Origin: Melioribacteraceae bacterium
Lineage (GTDB): Bacteria > Bacteroidota > Ignavibacteria > Ignavibacteriales > Melioribacteraceae
Reading direction: 5' to 3'
Assembly: GCA_021739765.1 (NCBI GenBank)
Contig: JAIPBD010000021.1
Span: 2,453 to 66,452, forward strand
DNA length: 64,000 nt
Both the position numbers and the translations under genes were made by a program. How positions within the stretch are numbered: position 1 is the stretch's first letter; every line of letters begins with the position of its first letter. Shown here in pieces: positions 26,974 to 36,663 of this stretch. The notes under the pieces were generated by a model. The model was not told the DNA's origin and did not search any database. It worked only from the letters and a program-made list of their open reading frames with translations.

Positions 26974-28308
26974 ATGAACATGGCTGTTAATGACAAACTA
27001 AAGGATCATATTCTTGACTCAATCGCTGAAGGAGTTTTTACGGTTGATAAAGATTTCAGAATTAACTTCTTCAATAAAGCCGCCGAAAAAATTACGGGAT
27101 ATGCAAGTGACGAAGTTGTAGGAAAGTTTTGCAAACATGTGTTCAAAACAGAAATGTGTTACCTGGACTGCCCCATTTCACTTGTTTTAAAATCGAAAAA
27201 AAACCTGTATGATTTTGATTCCAGCATTCATACCATCGATAGAACTAAGCCAATAAAACTTAACGCCGCTGTTTTATATAATGAAAAAGAAGATCCTTGT
27301 GGTGGGTTGATAACCTTCAGAGATCAGTCGGAAATCGAAATCCTCCGCAAATATTATTCTGAAACCACTCAATTTCATGGAATTATTGGTCACAGTAAAT
27401 CAATGAAAGAAATATTTTCTTTGATTAAAGAAATCTCAGATTCGAAAGCGCCGGTTTTTATTACAGGGGAATCGGGAACCGGAAAGGAAATGGTAGCCAA
27501 CGCCATTCAGAAGGAAAGCACCCGTAAAAAAGAAAAATTCATTCTCGTTAACTGTTCGGTTTTCCCGGATAATTTGTTGGCTAGCGAATTATTCGGCCAC
27601 GTAAAAGGAGCGTTTACAGACGCGATCAAAGATAGACCCGGAAGATTTGAGCTTGCAGATAAAGGAACGATATTTTTAGACGAGGTTGCCGAAATTCCAC
27701 CGCAAATGCAGTTAAAATTGCTGAGAGTGTTGCAAGAAGGTACTTTTGAAAGAGTCGGGGAATCAGTTACGCGATCAACAGATGTTAGGATAATTGCCGC
27801 GACGAATATTCACATAGAAAATGCGTTATCAGAAGGGCAGTTTAGAGAAGATTTGTACTATAGATTAAACGTCATCCCGATCGAAATCCCACCATTGCGC
27901 GATAGAATTGAAGACGTAATTCCTTTAGTAAAACATTTCCTCGAGAAATTCTCAATTATCTACAAGAAAGAAATTGTTGAGATGGATGACAATGTCTATG
28001 ATATTTTAACTTCCTACCATTGGCCTGGCAACATTCGGGAACTTGAAAATGTTATCGAATATGCGTTTGTAAGATCCTCCCCGGGTGAAAGGATAAAAAT
28101 AGCAAAATTACCACGACACTTCCGCGAACAGAAACGAGAAAGAAGTGTTTCCGGGAATGGAAATTATGAGAAAAGTATTAACAACAAAGATGATCTCCTT
28201 GTTTTGCTGGATAAAAATCGGTGGAATAAAACCGAAACCGCAAAAGAACTTGGAGTTGGAAGAACGACACTCTGGCGAATTTTAAAAAAGCACGGCGTTG
28301 AGTTCTAA
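26974..28308 (+). CDS. Sigma-54-dependent transcriptional activator (PAS + AAA+ + Fis HTH)
   Basis: PAS domain (GVFTVDKDFRINFFNKAAEKITGY) with Cys cluster CKHVFKTEMCYLDC. GESGTGKE, GAFTDA, and C-terminal HTH ETAKELGVGRTTLWR. Confidence 0.9.
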   Translation: MNMAVNDKLKDHILDSIAEGVFTVDKDFRINFFNKAAEKITGYASDEVVGKFCKHVFKTEMCYLDCPISLVLKSKKNLYDFDSSIHTIDRTKPIKLNAAVLYNEKEDPCGGLITFRDQSEIEILRKYYSETTQFHGIIGHSKSMKEIFSLIKEISDSKAPVFITGESGTGKEMVANAIQKESTRKKEKFILVNCSVFPDNLLASELFGHVKGAFTDAIKDRPGRFELADKGTIFLDEVAEIPPQMQLKLLRVLQEGTFERVGESVTRSTDVRIIAATNIHIENALSEGQFREDLYYRLNVIPIEIPPLRDRIEDVIPLVKHFLEKFSIIYKKEIVEMDDNVYDILTSYHWPGNIRELENVIEYAFVRSSPGERIKIAKLPRHFREQKRERSVSGNGNYEKSINNKDDLLVLLDKNRWNKTETAKELGVGRTTLWRILKKHGVEF

Positions 28309-28477
28309 TTAGTCAGTTCTACCCAAACACAATCAAACCATTCCTTTAATTCTTAGATAAACAGATAAATAGCAACATGATAAATTGTTGAACAAACAAG
28401 ATATTTGTGTTGCTTTTTAAACATTTGTATCATATTATAATGATATCTCTTTAATATCACTTTGATAGGGGGCCGAA

Positions 28478-29374
28478 ATGGCAAAAGAAATTTTAAGTCC
28501 GCAAAAAAGCGGTTGGACGGTTTTGTTTTTCAACATATTCTTGACACTCATTTCAATCGCTATTTTTATTTACGGAGTAGTACTTACCAAACAATGGGAT
28601 TCGTATGGAGCAGGTTATTACATTGTAGGCGGAATTCTGCTTCTCATAACCTCAATTATCTTTTATGTTGGTTTTTTTACCGTTGAGCCAAATCAAGCAT
28701 ACGTTTTGTTATTGTTCGGCAAGTACAAAGGGACGGAAAGAGCATCAGGATTTCGTTGGACTAATCCGTTTTATTCAAAAAGAAAAATATCGCTTCGAGT
28801 AAGAAATTTTGATAGTGAAAAATTAAAAGTAAATGATAAAAACGGCAATCCGATTGAAATATCAGCAGTAGTTGTTTGGAAAGTAGCCGATACCGCCGAA
28901 GCTTTTTTTGAAGTTGACGATTATCTCGAATATGTTCATGTCCAATCCGAATCCGCCATCCGTCACATGGCATTATCATACGCGTACGATAACTTCAATA
29001 CTGAGGATGAAAATGAAATCACGTTGCGCTCATCAATTGATGAAGTATCGGAAGATTTGAAGAAAGAAATTCAAGAGAGAGTAGGTGCCGCTGGAGTTGA
29101 AGTTATTGAAGCTAGAATTAATCACCTCGCTTATGCACAGGAGATAGCCCATGCAATGCTTCAACGCCAGCAAGCTGAAGCAATTATTGCAGCAAGACTA
29201 AAAATTGTTGACGGCGCTGTAGGAATGGTTGAGATCGCATTGGATAGATTAAAAGCTGACGGAGTTGTGGAACTCGACGAAGAACGTAAAGCTCAAATGG
29301 TTAGTAATCTTATGGTTGTACTTTGCTCTGATAAAGCAACTCAACCGGTTGTAAACACGGGATCATTGTATTAG
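28478..29374 (+). CDS. SPFH/Band-7 (stomatin-prohibitin) family membrane protein
   Basis: Two N-terminal TM helices, then an SPFH core ([36 protein letters not shown]) and a coiled-coil tail. Confidence 0.8.
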   Translation: MAKEILSPQKSGWTVLFFNIFLTLISIAIFIYGVVLTKQWDSYGAGYYIVGGILLLITSIIFYVGFFTVEPNQAYVLLLFGKYKGTERASGFRWTNPFYSKRKISLRVRNFDSEKLKVNDKNGNPIEISAVVVWKVADTAEAFFEVDDYLEYVHVQSESAIRHMALSYAYDNFNTEDENEITLRSSIDEVSEDLKKEIQERVGAAGVEVIEARINHLAYAQEIAHAMLQRQQAEAIIAARLKIVDGAVGMVEIALDRLKADGVVELDEERKAQMVSNLMVVLCSDKATQPVVNTGSLY

Positions 29375-29375
29375 T

Positions 29376-29537
29376 ATGGCACAAAAAAAATCTGTCGTTT
29401 TAAGAATAGATCCAAAATTGTGGGCTGAACTTAATAAGTGGGCGGGGGACGAGTTACGCTCGTTGAACGCCCAAATGGAATATATTTTAAGGGAAGCTGT
29501 TCGAAGAAGAAAAGGAAAAACTGATGATGGAGGATAA
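29376..29537 (+). CDS. Small ribbon-helix-helix (Arc/CopG-like) protein, 53 aa
   Basis: ATG lies 2 nt after the SPFH stop. MAQKKSVVLRIDPKLWAELNKWAGDELRSLNAQMEYILREAV fits the RHH beta-alpha-alpha pattern. Below the ORF-track length cutoff. Confidence 0.55.
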   Translation: MAQKKSVVLRIDPKLWAELNKWAGDELRSLNAQMEYILREAVRRRKGKTDDGG

Positions 29538-29951
29538 ATAAAATATAACATTTTCATCATCCCACTCTTGTTTCTGCCTTATCGTGCCGATATTTTTCAG
29601 AAACACCATCTCTAAATATTCGTAATTTTTTCTGGGCGGTTCATTTATATTTTTATTTTGTGGGATGAAAATGTTTTGTAAAATATTTTCCATCTTTAGT
29701 TTTTCAAGACAACCGGTTCAAGAAATCAGATTCTTTTCTGAATTTATCTGCATCCCTGTTCTTGCTTAAAACGATTTATTGCGAGGGTAATCTTCGATTA
29801 AGTCTTCACCAAAGTGATCTTAAAGTAATATTCCAAAATTTGTTCCGTCAGTTTTCGAAAATTGAACGGTCATAAGAATGTAATAAAATTCTCCATTTGC
29901 GTTTATCAAACGTATGAAGTTCGAAAAATAGGATTCGCTAAAAAGAAGTAA

Positions 29952-30758
29952 TTAATAAATTATTTCGTTTGGTTCATTATTCACAATCGCATTAGACTGT
30001 TCATTATTGTTACCTTTCCTGATAAATATCAAATTGTGGTAAAAATGCATTGAGATTATCTTTTTATCAAAATATGTTTGTTCATAATTAGGAATAAGAA
30101 ATTCTTTATTGTTCAGAGAATCTGTCAAACTTTTGAAAAAACCCATAGAAGTATTGGGGTTGTTCAGATTTTTGCTGTCTCCGCCAAATTTTTTCCAATA
30201 GGATGTCTGGGTATCCTCAACAATATAATAACCCCCATCTTTTAATTTAGGAAACAGAATTTTGAACGAATTAATGACATGTTCATTCTGATGACTCCCA
30301 TCATCAATAATTACATCAATCTCTCCGATCTTGTTTACTACCGATTCTAAAAAAGTTTTGTCGACTTGACTGCCTCTGAATATTTTTATTCGAGTTTCCT
30401 CAAGCGCTGATTTCTCGTAAATATCAATTGCAAATATTTTGGCAAATGGAAAATATCTTCTCCACATTCTTAAAGATTTTCCACCTAAAAGTGGATTTTC
30501 ATAACCACCTACGCCAATTTCCAGCAAGTTAATCTTTTTGTACTTAAAACGCTTGAGATGTTTCTGGTAGTGAGGAGTGTAATAATGACTGTTGAACTTA
30601 TCTGTTCCATAAATTAATGCGAGTTTGTTCAAATTATTCCCGCAAAATAATCCATCAATATTCTCTTTGGAGAATATTGATTTCAGTCCTTTTATTTGTA
30701 ATTTTATATAATATCTTTGTTCAGCTGTTAGTCTTCTTCGTATAAATGCTGTAATCAT
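29952..30758 (-). CDS. Class I SAM-dependent methyltransferase
   Basis: LLEIGVGGY (motif I) and DVIIDDGSH..LKDGGYYIVED are typical of TylF/CmcI-like O-methyltransferases. Confidence 0.7.
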   Translation of the reverse strand: MITAFIRRRLTAEQRYYIKLQIKGLKSIFSKENIDGLFCGNNLNKLALIYGTDKFNSHYYTPHYQKHLKRFKYKKINLLEIGVGGYENPLLGGKSLRMWRRYFPFAKIFAIDIYEKSALEETRIKIFRGSQVDKTFLESVVNKIGEIDVIIDDGSHQNEHVINSFKILFPKLKDGGYYIVEDTQTSYWKKFGGDSKNLNNPNTSMGFFKSLTDSLNNKEFLIPNYEQTYFDKKIISMHFYHNLIFIRKGNNNEQSNAIVNNEPNEIIY

Positions 30759-31088
30759 AATTAAAGATCATACCTCTATCATTTGAAAACAATAATAGAC
30801 ATTTAAAACAAAATAAAACACATGTTGAAACTGAACTAGTAATTAGGCCGGGAGGAAGGAACAGGAGATGTCATTGAAAAAGATAATTAAAGAAGATTCG
30901 AATTGGATTTATCGTAATTAAATTAACTTAAAGTATTGATGGAGTTGTCTCAGGCGCACTACCCGAATTGAAGCGGCAGAAAACCACAATCTAATTTGAG
31001 TGTTGTACAGAAATAATTTCGGTGCAACCAATCAATTATTTAGACAACACCATCAATAAATGTTTTTGTATAATAACTGCACTTTAAT

Positions 31089-32861
31089 CTAAAGATTACT
31101 CATCCATGCCTTGCGTAATTTCAGCTGTTCCGGAGTAGGGTTTTTTATAACTTCAAACTTATGCTTTATTTTTTGAGGTGGAAATACATAGCTCAGCTCA
31201 ACTTCCTCACCGCTCCGGTCGAGAACAAAGTCAAGAGTTTCGCCGGCCTTTTTGGTGTAAAGTTTAGCAAATGCCACTTGAGCATTTTGAAGAGTTACAT
31301 CAATATCCACCACACGTTTAAATGCGTCGCCTACTTTTATATCCTGAGTTTCGTCTTCATTTACATTGGTTACCACCACTTTCCCATCCTCTACTCCTAA
31401 GCCAAAACCCAAGGATATTTTCGAAGAATCATATCCTAAAAATTCAGTATATTTAATTCCAACATATTCAAAATATTCCGACACCGGGAGCGGTTCAGTC
31501 CCTTGGATATAATTGTCAATAAATACACCAACTTCTGGATAAGTCATTTCAGCAAGTTCATCAAAAAAATCATCTTCACTAAACGGCCTTTCAGGTCCGT
31601 ATTTTTTTGCCAAATTATTCATCAATTCACGAAGACCCGATTCACCATTTGATTTGTCGATTAAAAGCAGATCCAACAAAGTCCCTACAATCGCACCTTT
31701 CATGTAAATATTAGCATATTGAGCGGGAAGCTTTGCGGCATTTACACCAAGCTCAGTGAGTGAAATATCCTGGTTGTAAAAATCGTTGGTGAGTAATTTC
31801 TTTTTAGTTTCACGCAAATAATCCTCAAGCGTAAAGATACCGTATCTAAACTGCATTGCGTCCGAAGCCCATTCTGTCACTCCTTCATACAACCATAAAT
31901 GTTGTGAAAGAGTCGGTTCTTCGAAATTAAACATTTCAACCAATTCACTATGAATATTCAGCGGAGTGACAACATGGTAAAATTCGTGGGCTACGATAGA
32001 GCGAATATTTTTTATATTCTCCTCATCCAATTCTCTCTCAGCCAATACATAATTGGAGCTGTATGAATGCTCCCAAGCGCCTGCCGGTGTATCTTCAAAA
32101 TGAAATAAAAATACATATCGCTGAACAGGCAGTCCTTCGGTAAATTCAGAAGCGGCGTAAAGTATATCTTCGATACCGATTAACAAATTTTCAGATTTAA
32201 TTTGATCGGTTTTTGAATAAGTGAAAACGTCTACGGTGGTTCCTTCGATATCTGTAGTCGCTTCAGATAAACGTCCGGCGAGAATCGGAGAATCGATTGC
32301 GAAATCATAGCTGCTCGCGACGTAATAGTTTTCCGAGTTCAATTCTAAAGGTGTTCCAATTATCCAATCGTCGGGTAAATTTACCTGAATCCACATTTCA
32401 TCGGACTGCCTCCCGTGGAAATATCCGAGAACCGCATGATTATTGATATAAGCGTGATCTTTCTCGAGGGAGGTTCCACACATTGGATAAACCTGGTTTT
32501 TTTCGACAGGTGTATCCCAAGTTTCCGAGATTTGATAATCAATTTTTGCAACATTTTCCGGATCAGAAATTTCCCACTGGTTCGTAGAAACATTCTCAGT
32601 TTCAATTTCTTCACCATTTTTATCGTAAGCCTTGAAATATTTCACAAACCTTCCGATATCCATAATCTGATATGTCCCGGGCGCGATAGCCGCGAATTGA
32701 AAGATGTTATTGTTTTCGGAAAGATTATCTGGGTGGATGGTTACATTGAAAAGATCGTCATCAATATTATGTAAATCGATGGTAAATTTTTGTTGTGCTT
32801 CTGTTATTCCGGCTAATAATAAAAGCAAAAAAAGCATGCGAAGATTATTTTTGGCAAACAT
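31089..32861 (-). CDS. M61 family metallopeptidase with C-terminal PDZ domain, secreted
   Basis: Signal peptide, HEFYHVV...EGVTEW zinc motif, and a PDZ-like C-terminus. Confidence 0.8.
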   Translation of the reverse strand: MFAKNNLRMLFLLLLLAGITEAQQKFTIDLHNIDDDLFNVTIHPDNLSENNNIFQFAAIAPGTYQIMDIGRFVKYFKAYDKNGEEIETENVSTNQWEISDPENVAKIDYQISETWDTPVEKNQVYPMCGTSLEKDHAYINNHAVLGYFHGRQSDEMWIQVNLPDDWIIGTPLELNSENYYVASSYDFAIDSPILAGRLSEATTDIEGTTVDVFTYSKTDQIKSENLLIGIEDILYAASEFTEGLPVQRYVFLFHFEDTPAGAWEHSYSSNYVLAERELDEENIKNIRSIVAHEFYHVVTPLNIHSELVEMFNFEEPTLSQHLWLYEGVTEWASDAMQFRYGIFTLEDYLRETKKKLLTNDFYNQDISLTELGVNAAKLPAQYANIYMKGAIVGTLLDLLLIDKSNGESGLRELMNNLAKKYGPERPFSEDDFFDELAEMTYPEVGVFIDNYIQGTEPLPVSEYFEYVGIKYTEFLGYDSSKISLGFGLGVEDGKVVVTNVNEDETQDIKVGDAFKRVVDIDVTLQNAQVAFAKLYTKKAGETLDFVLDRSGEEVELSYVFPPQKIKHKFEVIKNPTPEQLKLRKAWMSNL

Positions 32862-32931
32862 TGTTTCTCCTGGATTAAAAAATTTGGATTAGCTTTTTTA
32901 GACGAACAACAGGAAAAAAGGTTTGGCGTAT

Positions 32932-33180
32932 TTATTCGTCGTCCGTGAGATCAAGAATATCCATAAGACGGTTGTGGACCTCGGGGGAGACCTCAGCGTT
33001 GTATCTTTTGTAAACTTCGATGGTTTTTTCGAGAGTGCGTAAATAGTTGTTTGCGCAATCGCAATCTTCGATCTCCTTCATTAATTCTTCGCACTTTAAT
33101 TCTCCGAAATCTTCACCGAGATTAGAGCATATATGCTTCATCAGTTCTTTTCTTTTTTCTTCACTGACTGCCATTTTCAA
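32932..33180 (-). CDS. Small soluble Cys-rich putative anti-sigma factor
   Basis: 82 aa with no TM helix. H16, C18, C30, C41 and C43 are present. Overlaps the 3' end of the ECF sigma gene by 20 nt. Confidence 0.45.
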   Translation of the reverse strand: MKMAVSEEKRKELMKHICSNLGEDFGELKCEELMKEIEDCDCANNYLRTLEKTIEVYKRYNAEVSPEVHNRLMDILDLTDDE

Positions 33181-33751
33181 ACACCTTATTTAGTTCATCT
33201 CTTAAAAAAGCACGTGCTCTGTGTAATCTTGATTTTACAGCCGGAACAGAAAGATCAAGAGTTTCGCCGGTTTCTTCGGTTGACAATCCTTCAATATCCC
33301 TTAAAAGAAAAACGACTCTGTAATCCGGAGGTAATTTTTTAATTGCGTTATCGAGTTTTACTTTTAGCTCTTCATTCTCGGTAACCTTTTCCGGGGTAAA
33401 CCTCCAATCAGCAAAATATTTCTCCTCAATTATGGAATCATCGTCATTAATTGAAAAGTGTTCATGTCGTTTTCTTGAACGAGCCATCATTAAACAGTGG
33501 TTTGAAACCACTCGGTAAAGCCAAGTTGAAAGCTTCGATTTACCACTAAACTGTCCAATTGATTTCACCATGCTCATAAAAGTCTCTTGCATAGCGTTTT
33601 CAGCACGGTCCTTGTTTCTACATATTTTGAAGGCAAAATTATAGACGGTTTGCTCGTTTTGTTTTACTAACTCAGCGAGTGAACGTTTATCGCCTTCTTG
33701 AGCTTTTTTAATCAGCTCATCTTCAGATATTTGATTTGATGCAATTTCCAT
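33161..33751 (-). CDS. ECF-type RNA polymerase sigma factor
   Basis: Regions 2 and 4 are recognisable (VYNFAFKICRNKDRAENAMQETF; LSTEETGETLDLSVPAVKSRLHRAR). Confidence 0.85.
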   Translation of the reverse strand: MEIASNQISEDELIKKAQEGDKRSLAELVKQNEQTVYNFAFKICRNKDRAENAMQETFMSMVKSIGQFSGKSKLSTWLYRVVSNHCLMMARSRKRHEHFSINDDDSIIEEKYFADWRFTPEKVTENEELKVKLDNAIKKLPPDYRVVFLLRDIEGLSTEETGETLDLSVPAVKSRLHRARAFLRDELNKVFENGSQ

Positions 33752-34377
33752 TAATTAGTTTCAGGCCTCTCATCCAACGATTTCCAAAAATAAATCGAAG
33801 CTATTGATTCGTAAGGGTGCCAGCGATGTTTCTTGGCAAGATTTACTATTGTTTGCTCATCCGGTAAATTTTCTAAACCGTAATTTAGCATTATTGCCTT
33901 TCTTATTCCAAGATCACCTACGGGAAGAACATCCAAACGATTTAAGGTGAATATTAAAAACATGTGCGAAGTCCAAACCCCGATGCCTTTAACTTTGGTT
34001 AATTCGGCGATTATATCATGATTAGATTTTGCGCTCAGGTTTTTGAGCGAAATTGTTTTATCTAAAATTTTCTCGGCAAGATCCAAAATATACTTAGCCT
34101 TCGCATTTGAAAGACCGAACGCCCTCAAAGTTTCAAATGGTGTTTCGATAATGGTTTCAGGTTTAGGATCACGATTGTAATAATCCAAAAACCGATTCAC
34201 AATTGAGTTAGCTGCTTTTGTTGATAATTGTTGTGAGATAATCGCAACTGTAAGTTGATGAAAATAATTTCTTCTTTTCCGCAGATTACAATCGCCATAA
34301 ACTTTTATAAGTCGAGATAATGTTTTATCATTAGAAGAAAGATGTTTAACACCTCTATCAATTTCCGTATTTTGCAT
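33751..34377 (-). CDS. HhH-GPD DNA glycosylase (AlkA-like 3-methyladenine glycosylase II)
   Basis: Helix-hairpin-helix LTKVKGIGVWTSHMFLIF and the catalytic loop VLPVGDLGIRKA. Start set at MQNTE to avoid overlap with the divergent gene. Confidence 0.75.
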   Translation of the reverse strand: MQNTEIDRGVKHLSSNDKTLSRLIKVYGDCNLRKRRNYFHQLTVAIISQQLSTKAANSIVNRFLDYYNRDPKPETIIETPFETLRAFGLSNAKAKYILDLAEKILDKTISLKNLSAKSNHDIIAELTKVKGIGVWTSHMFLIFTLNRLDVLPVGDLGIRKAIMLNYGLENLPDEQTIVNLAKKHRWHPYESIASIYFWKSLDERPETN

Positions 34378-34401
34378 AGATAATTTTAGTCTATTGGGTA
34401 A

Positions 34402-36657
34402 ATGAGTAATCAATTAGAAATAGCACTTCGAGAAAACAAATTACTTAAAAATTACGATATCTCCAGTTTCGATTTATCGGGAGTTAAGGGTAATTTACTT
34501 TCCATAAAGGAGGGTGAAATAATATATCGCTCGGATGAAAAAGTTAAAGAACTTTTTCTGATTATATCCGGTGAAGTAAATCTCATTATGCGTGATGAAT
34601 CGAAAGAAATAAAATCGATGATGAAAAGCGCGAATGATTATTTCGGCGATGAGCATTTATTTTCCGATAATCCTCCGGAATCAACAGCGGTAGCGCTGAG
34701 TGACTGTTATCTGATTATTCTAAGCAAAGATGAAGTCGATAATTTGCTTGAGCAAAAGGATAAAACCGATGATCCAAAGATTGAAATGGATGCGAGCGAG
34801 GAAGAAGCCGAACCCGAAACCCAGCCCGAATCAACGCCCAAAGTCGAGCCCGACACTTACTTCGATTCCGATTCAGCAATAGAAAATGCTGATGTGGAAA
34901 TTGAAAAGTCAGAAGAAATTGAACGGCCGATAAATGATAGCGAAAGATCTAATCTATCTGAGGTTGACGAAACAAATGAGGACGAATCGGAAGTCGCGTT
35001 AGAGGAAAATATTAAGCCTGAGAGTAATGCCGATCAAATGTTGGACGCAATGGTTGACGATGACGATATGGAAGATTTGAGAGAATTCCTTGCCGATGAA
35101 AAGTCTCTCTCAGAATTTGAAGTTGAGGAATATCGAAAATCCGCCCAATTAATTGACAAACCATGGACTTATGACCCAAAAGAAAAAGAATCCCTGGCGA
35201 ATGAAGAGAATAAAAAGAATGTTTTCGATGATACAAATGAGTCGGGAAATAAAGTTGATTCATTATCTGAAGAAGAATCTGCTAATTTAAAATCAGATGC
35301 ACATGAGAACTCGCTGAAAAATCAAGAACTTCAAATTGAGAGCAAAGAAGATCAAGACCACGATGCTTTTGAACGCACAATGGATGAACTGGAAAAAGGC
35401 GAAGAACCGATTGAAGACGATTCTGAAAAGATCGATATTCAAGAATTTGTTGAATTATCCGAACAGTTAGCACAGCTCGAAAAAGATCAAAAACGATTGT
35501 TCGACAAATCCCAAATTTTAGACAAATCGTTGCTTCAAATTAATTCGAGTATATATCTTGAGGATACGTTAAAAAATATTCTCGACGCCTTTGATAAAGT
35601 TGCTCCTTGCGAAAAAGTTACCCTTTATATGGTTGATAAAGAATCAGAAAGAGAATGGAACAGAATTAACGGATTAGATGAGTCCCAACTTCGTTTAAAT
35701 ATTGATGATTCTTTTGCGAAAGAGGTTCTAAACCTCAAAAAAGTACTTAATGTAAAAGACACGCAGTCTGGTGAAAATGGGAATTATAATTACCGGACAA
35801 CGGAATCTTCAAAAAGTGTAATCGGACTTCCTCTTCTCGATCCCGCAGGAACCATTATCGCGGTTATTTTACTGGTTAATCGTAAGGATGGATATTTTAC
35901 AGATGAGGATGAAGCGATGCTTTCAGTTTTGTCAAATCATTCCGCACAAGCAATTTTAAATAGTGAACGAGCCGGTCATCTTTTAAAAACAGAAAATCTT
36001 ATTTCTGTTAGAAAACTAACATACTTCCTTGATGATGAATTTAGAAAAAAAGTATATTTGACAAAATCCTATCTCGAAGGAATCGGTAAATCAGATCGAA
36101 ATGATGACGACGCAAAAGTTGTTAAAACAGCTTATTCTTCTGCAAAAGAGATGCATTATTCACTGAACCGAATATTTGCTTTTGCGGATGAACGCCCTCA
36201 TCTCTATTTAACCCGTCAGAATCTGAATTCAGTAATTCAAGAATTTATCAACAACAATCAATCTTTTATCAGAGATTTTGGAGCAGAGATAGTTTTTGAC
36301 TCCGGTATTGATGTAGATGTAAAAATTGATTTAAACGAATTTAATTTTGTTTTGAAAGCAATTATAAAAAATGCGTGTGAAGCTTTGACGGAAAATAAAC
36401 AGATTAGAATTGAGTCAGATAGAGATAAACAAACTATAAATATTAATATTATTGATTATGGCATCGGAATCTCTGAAAGCGCTTATCCGTCGGTATTCGA
36501 TCCCTTTTATTCAAATGGAAAAGAGAATGCTTCAGGGCTAGGGCTATCAATTTCACAAAAAATTGTTGAAGATCATAATGGTAAACTGACCGTTAAAAGC
36601 GATCCTCAAACCGGAACAAAATTTACAATCTCTCTTCCAATCGCAGCATCCTATTAA
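34402..36657 (+). CDS. Cyclic-nucleotide-binding domain, ~250-aa acidic linker, GAF domain and histidine kinase
   Basis: N-terminal cNMP-binding fold (GEIIYRSDEKVKELFLIISGEV). D/E-rich low-complexity segment at about aa 115-370. GAF-like region, then HATPase_c (GLGLSISQKIVEDHNG). Confidence 0.75.
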   Translation: MSNQLEIALRENKLLKNYDISSFDLSGVKGNLLSIKEGEIIYRSDEKVKELFLIISGEVNLIMRDESKEIKSMMKSANDYFGDEHLFSDNPPESTAVALSDCYLIILSKDEVDNLLEQKDKTDDPKIEMDASEEEAEPETQPESTPKVEPDTYFDSDSAIENADVEIEKSEEIERPINDSERSNLSEVDETNEDESEVALEENIKPESNADQMLDAMVDDDDMEDLREFLADEKSLSEFEVEEYRKSAQLIDKPWTYDPKEKESLANEENKKNVFDDTNESGNKVDSLSEEESANLKSDAHENSLKNQELQIESKEDQDHDAFERTMDELEKGEEPIEDDSEKIDIQEFVELSEQLAQLEKDQKRLFDKSQILDKSLLQINSSIYLEDTLKNILDAFDKVAPCEKVTLYMVDKESEREWNRINGLDESQLRLNIDDSFAKEVLNLKKVLNVKDTQSGENGNYNYRTTESSKSVIGLPLLDPAGTIIAVILLVNRKDGYFTDEDEAMLSVLSNHSAQAILNSERAGHLLKTENLISVRKLTYFLDDEFRKKVYLTKSYLEGIGKSDRNDDDAKVVKTAYSSAKEMHYSLNRIFAFADERPHLYLTRQNLNSVIQEFINNNQSFIRDFGAEIVFDSGIDVDVKIDLNEFNFVLKAIIKNACEALTENKQIRIESDRDKQTININIIDYGIGISESAYPSVFDPFYSNGKENASGLGLSISQKIVEDHNGKLTVKSDPQTGTKFTISLPIAASY

Positions 36658-36663
36658 TTAAAA

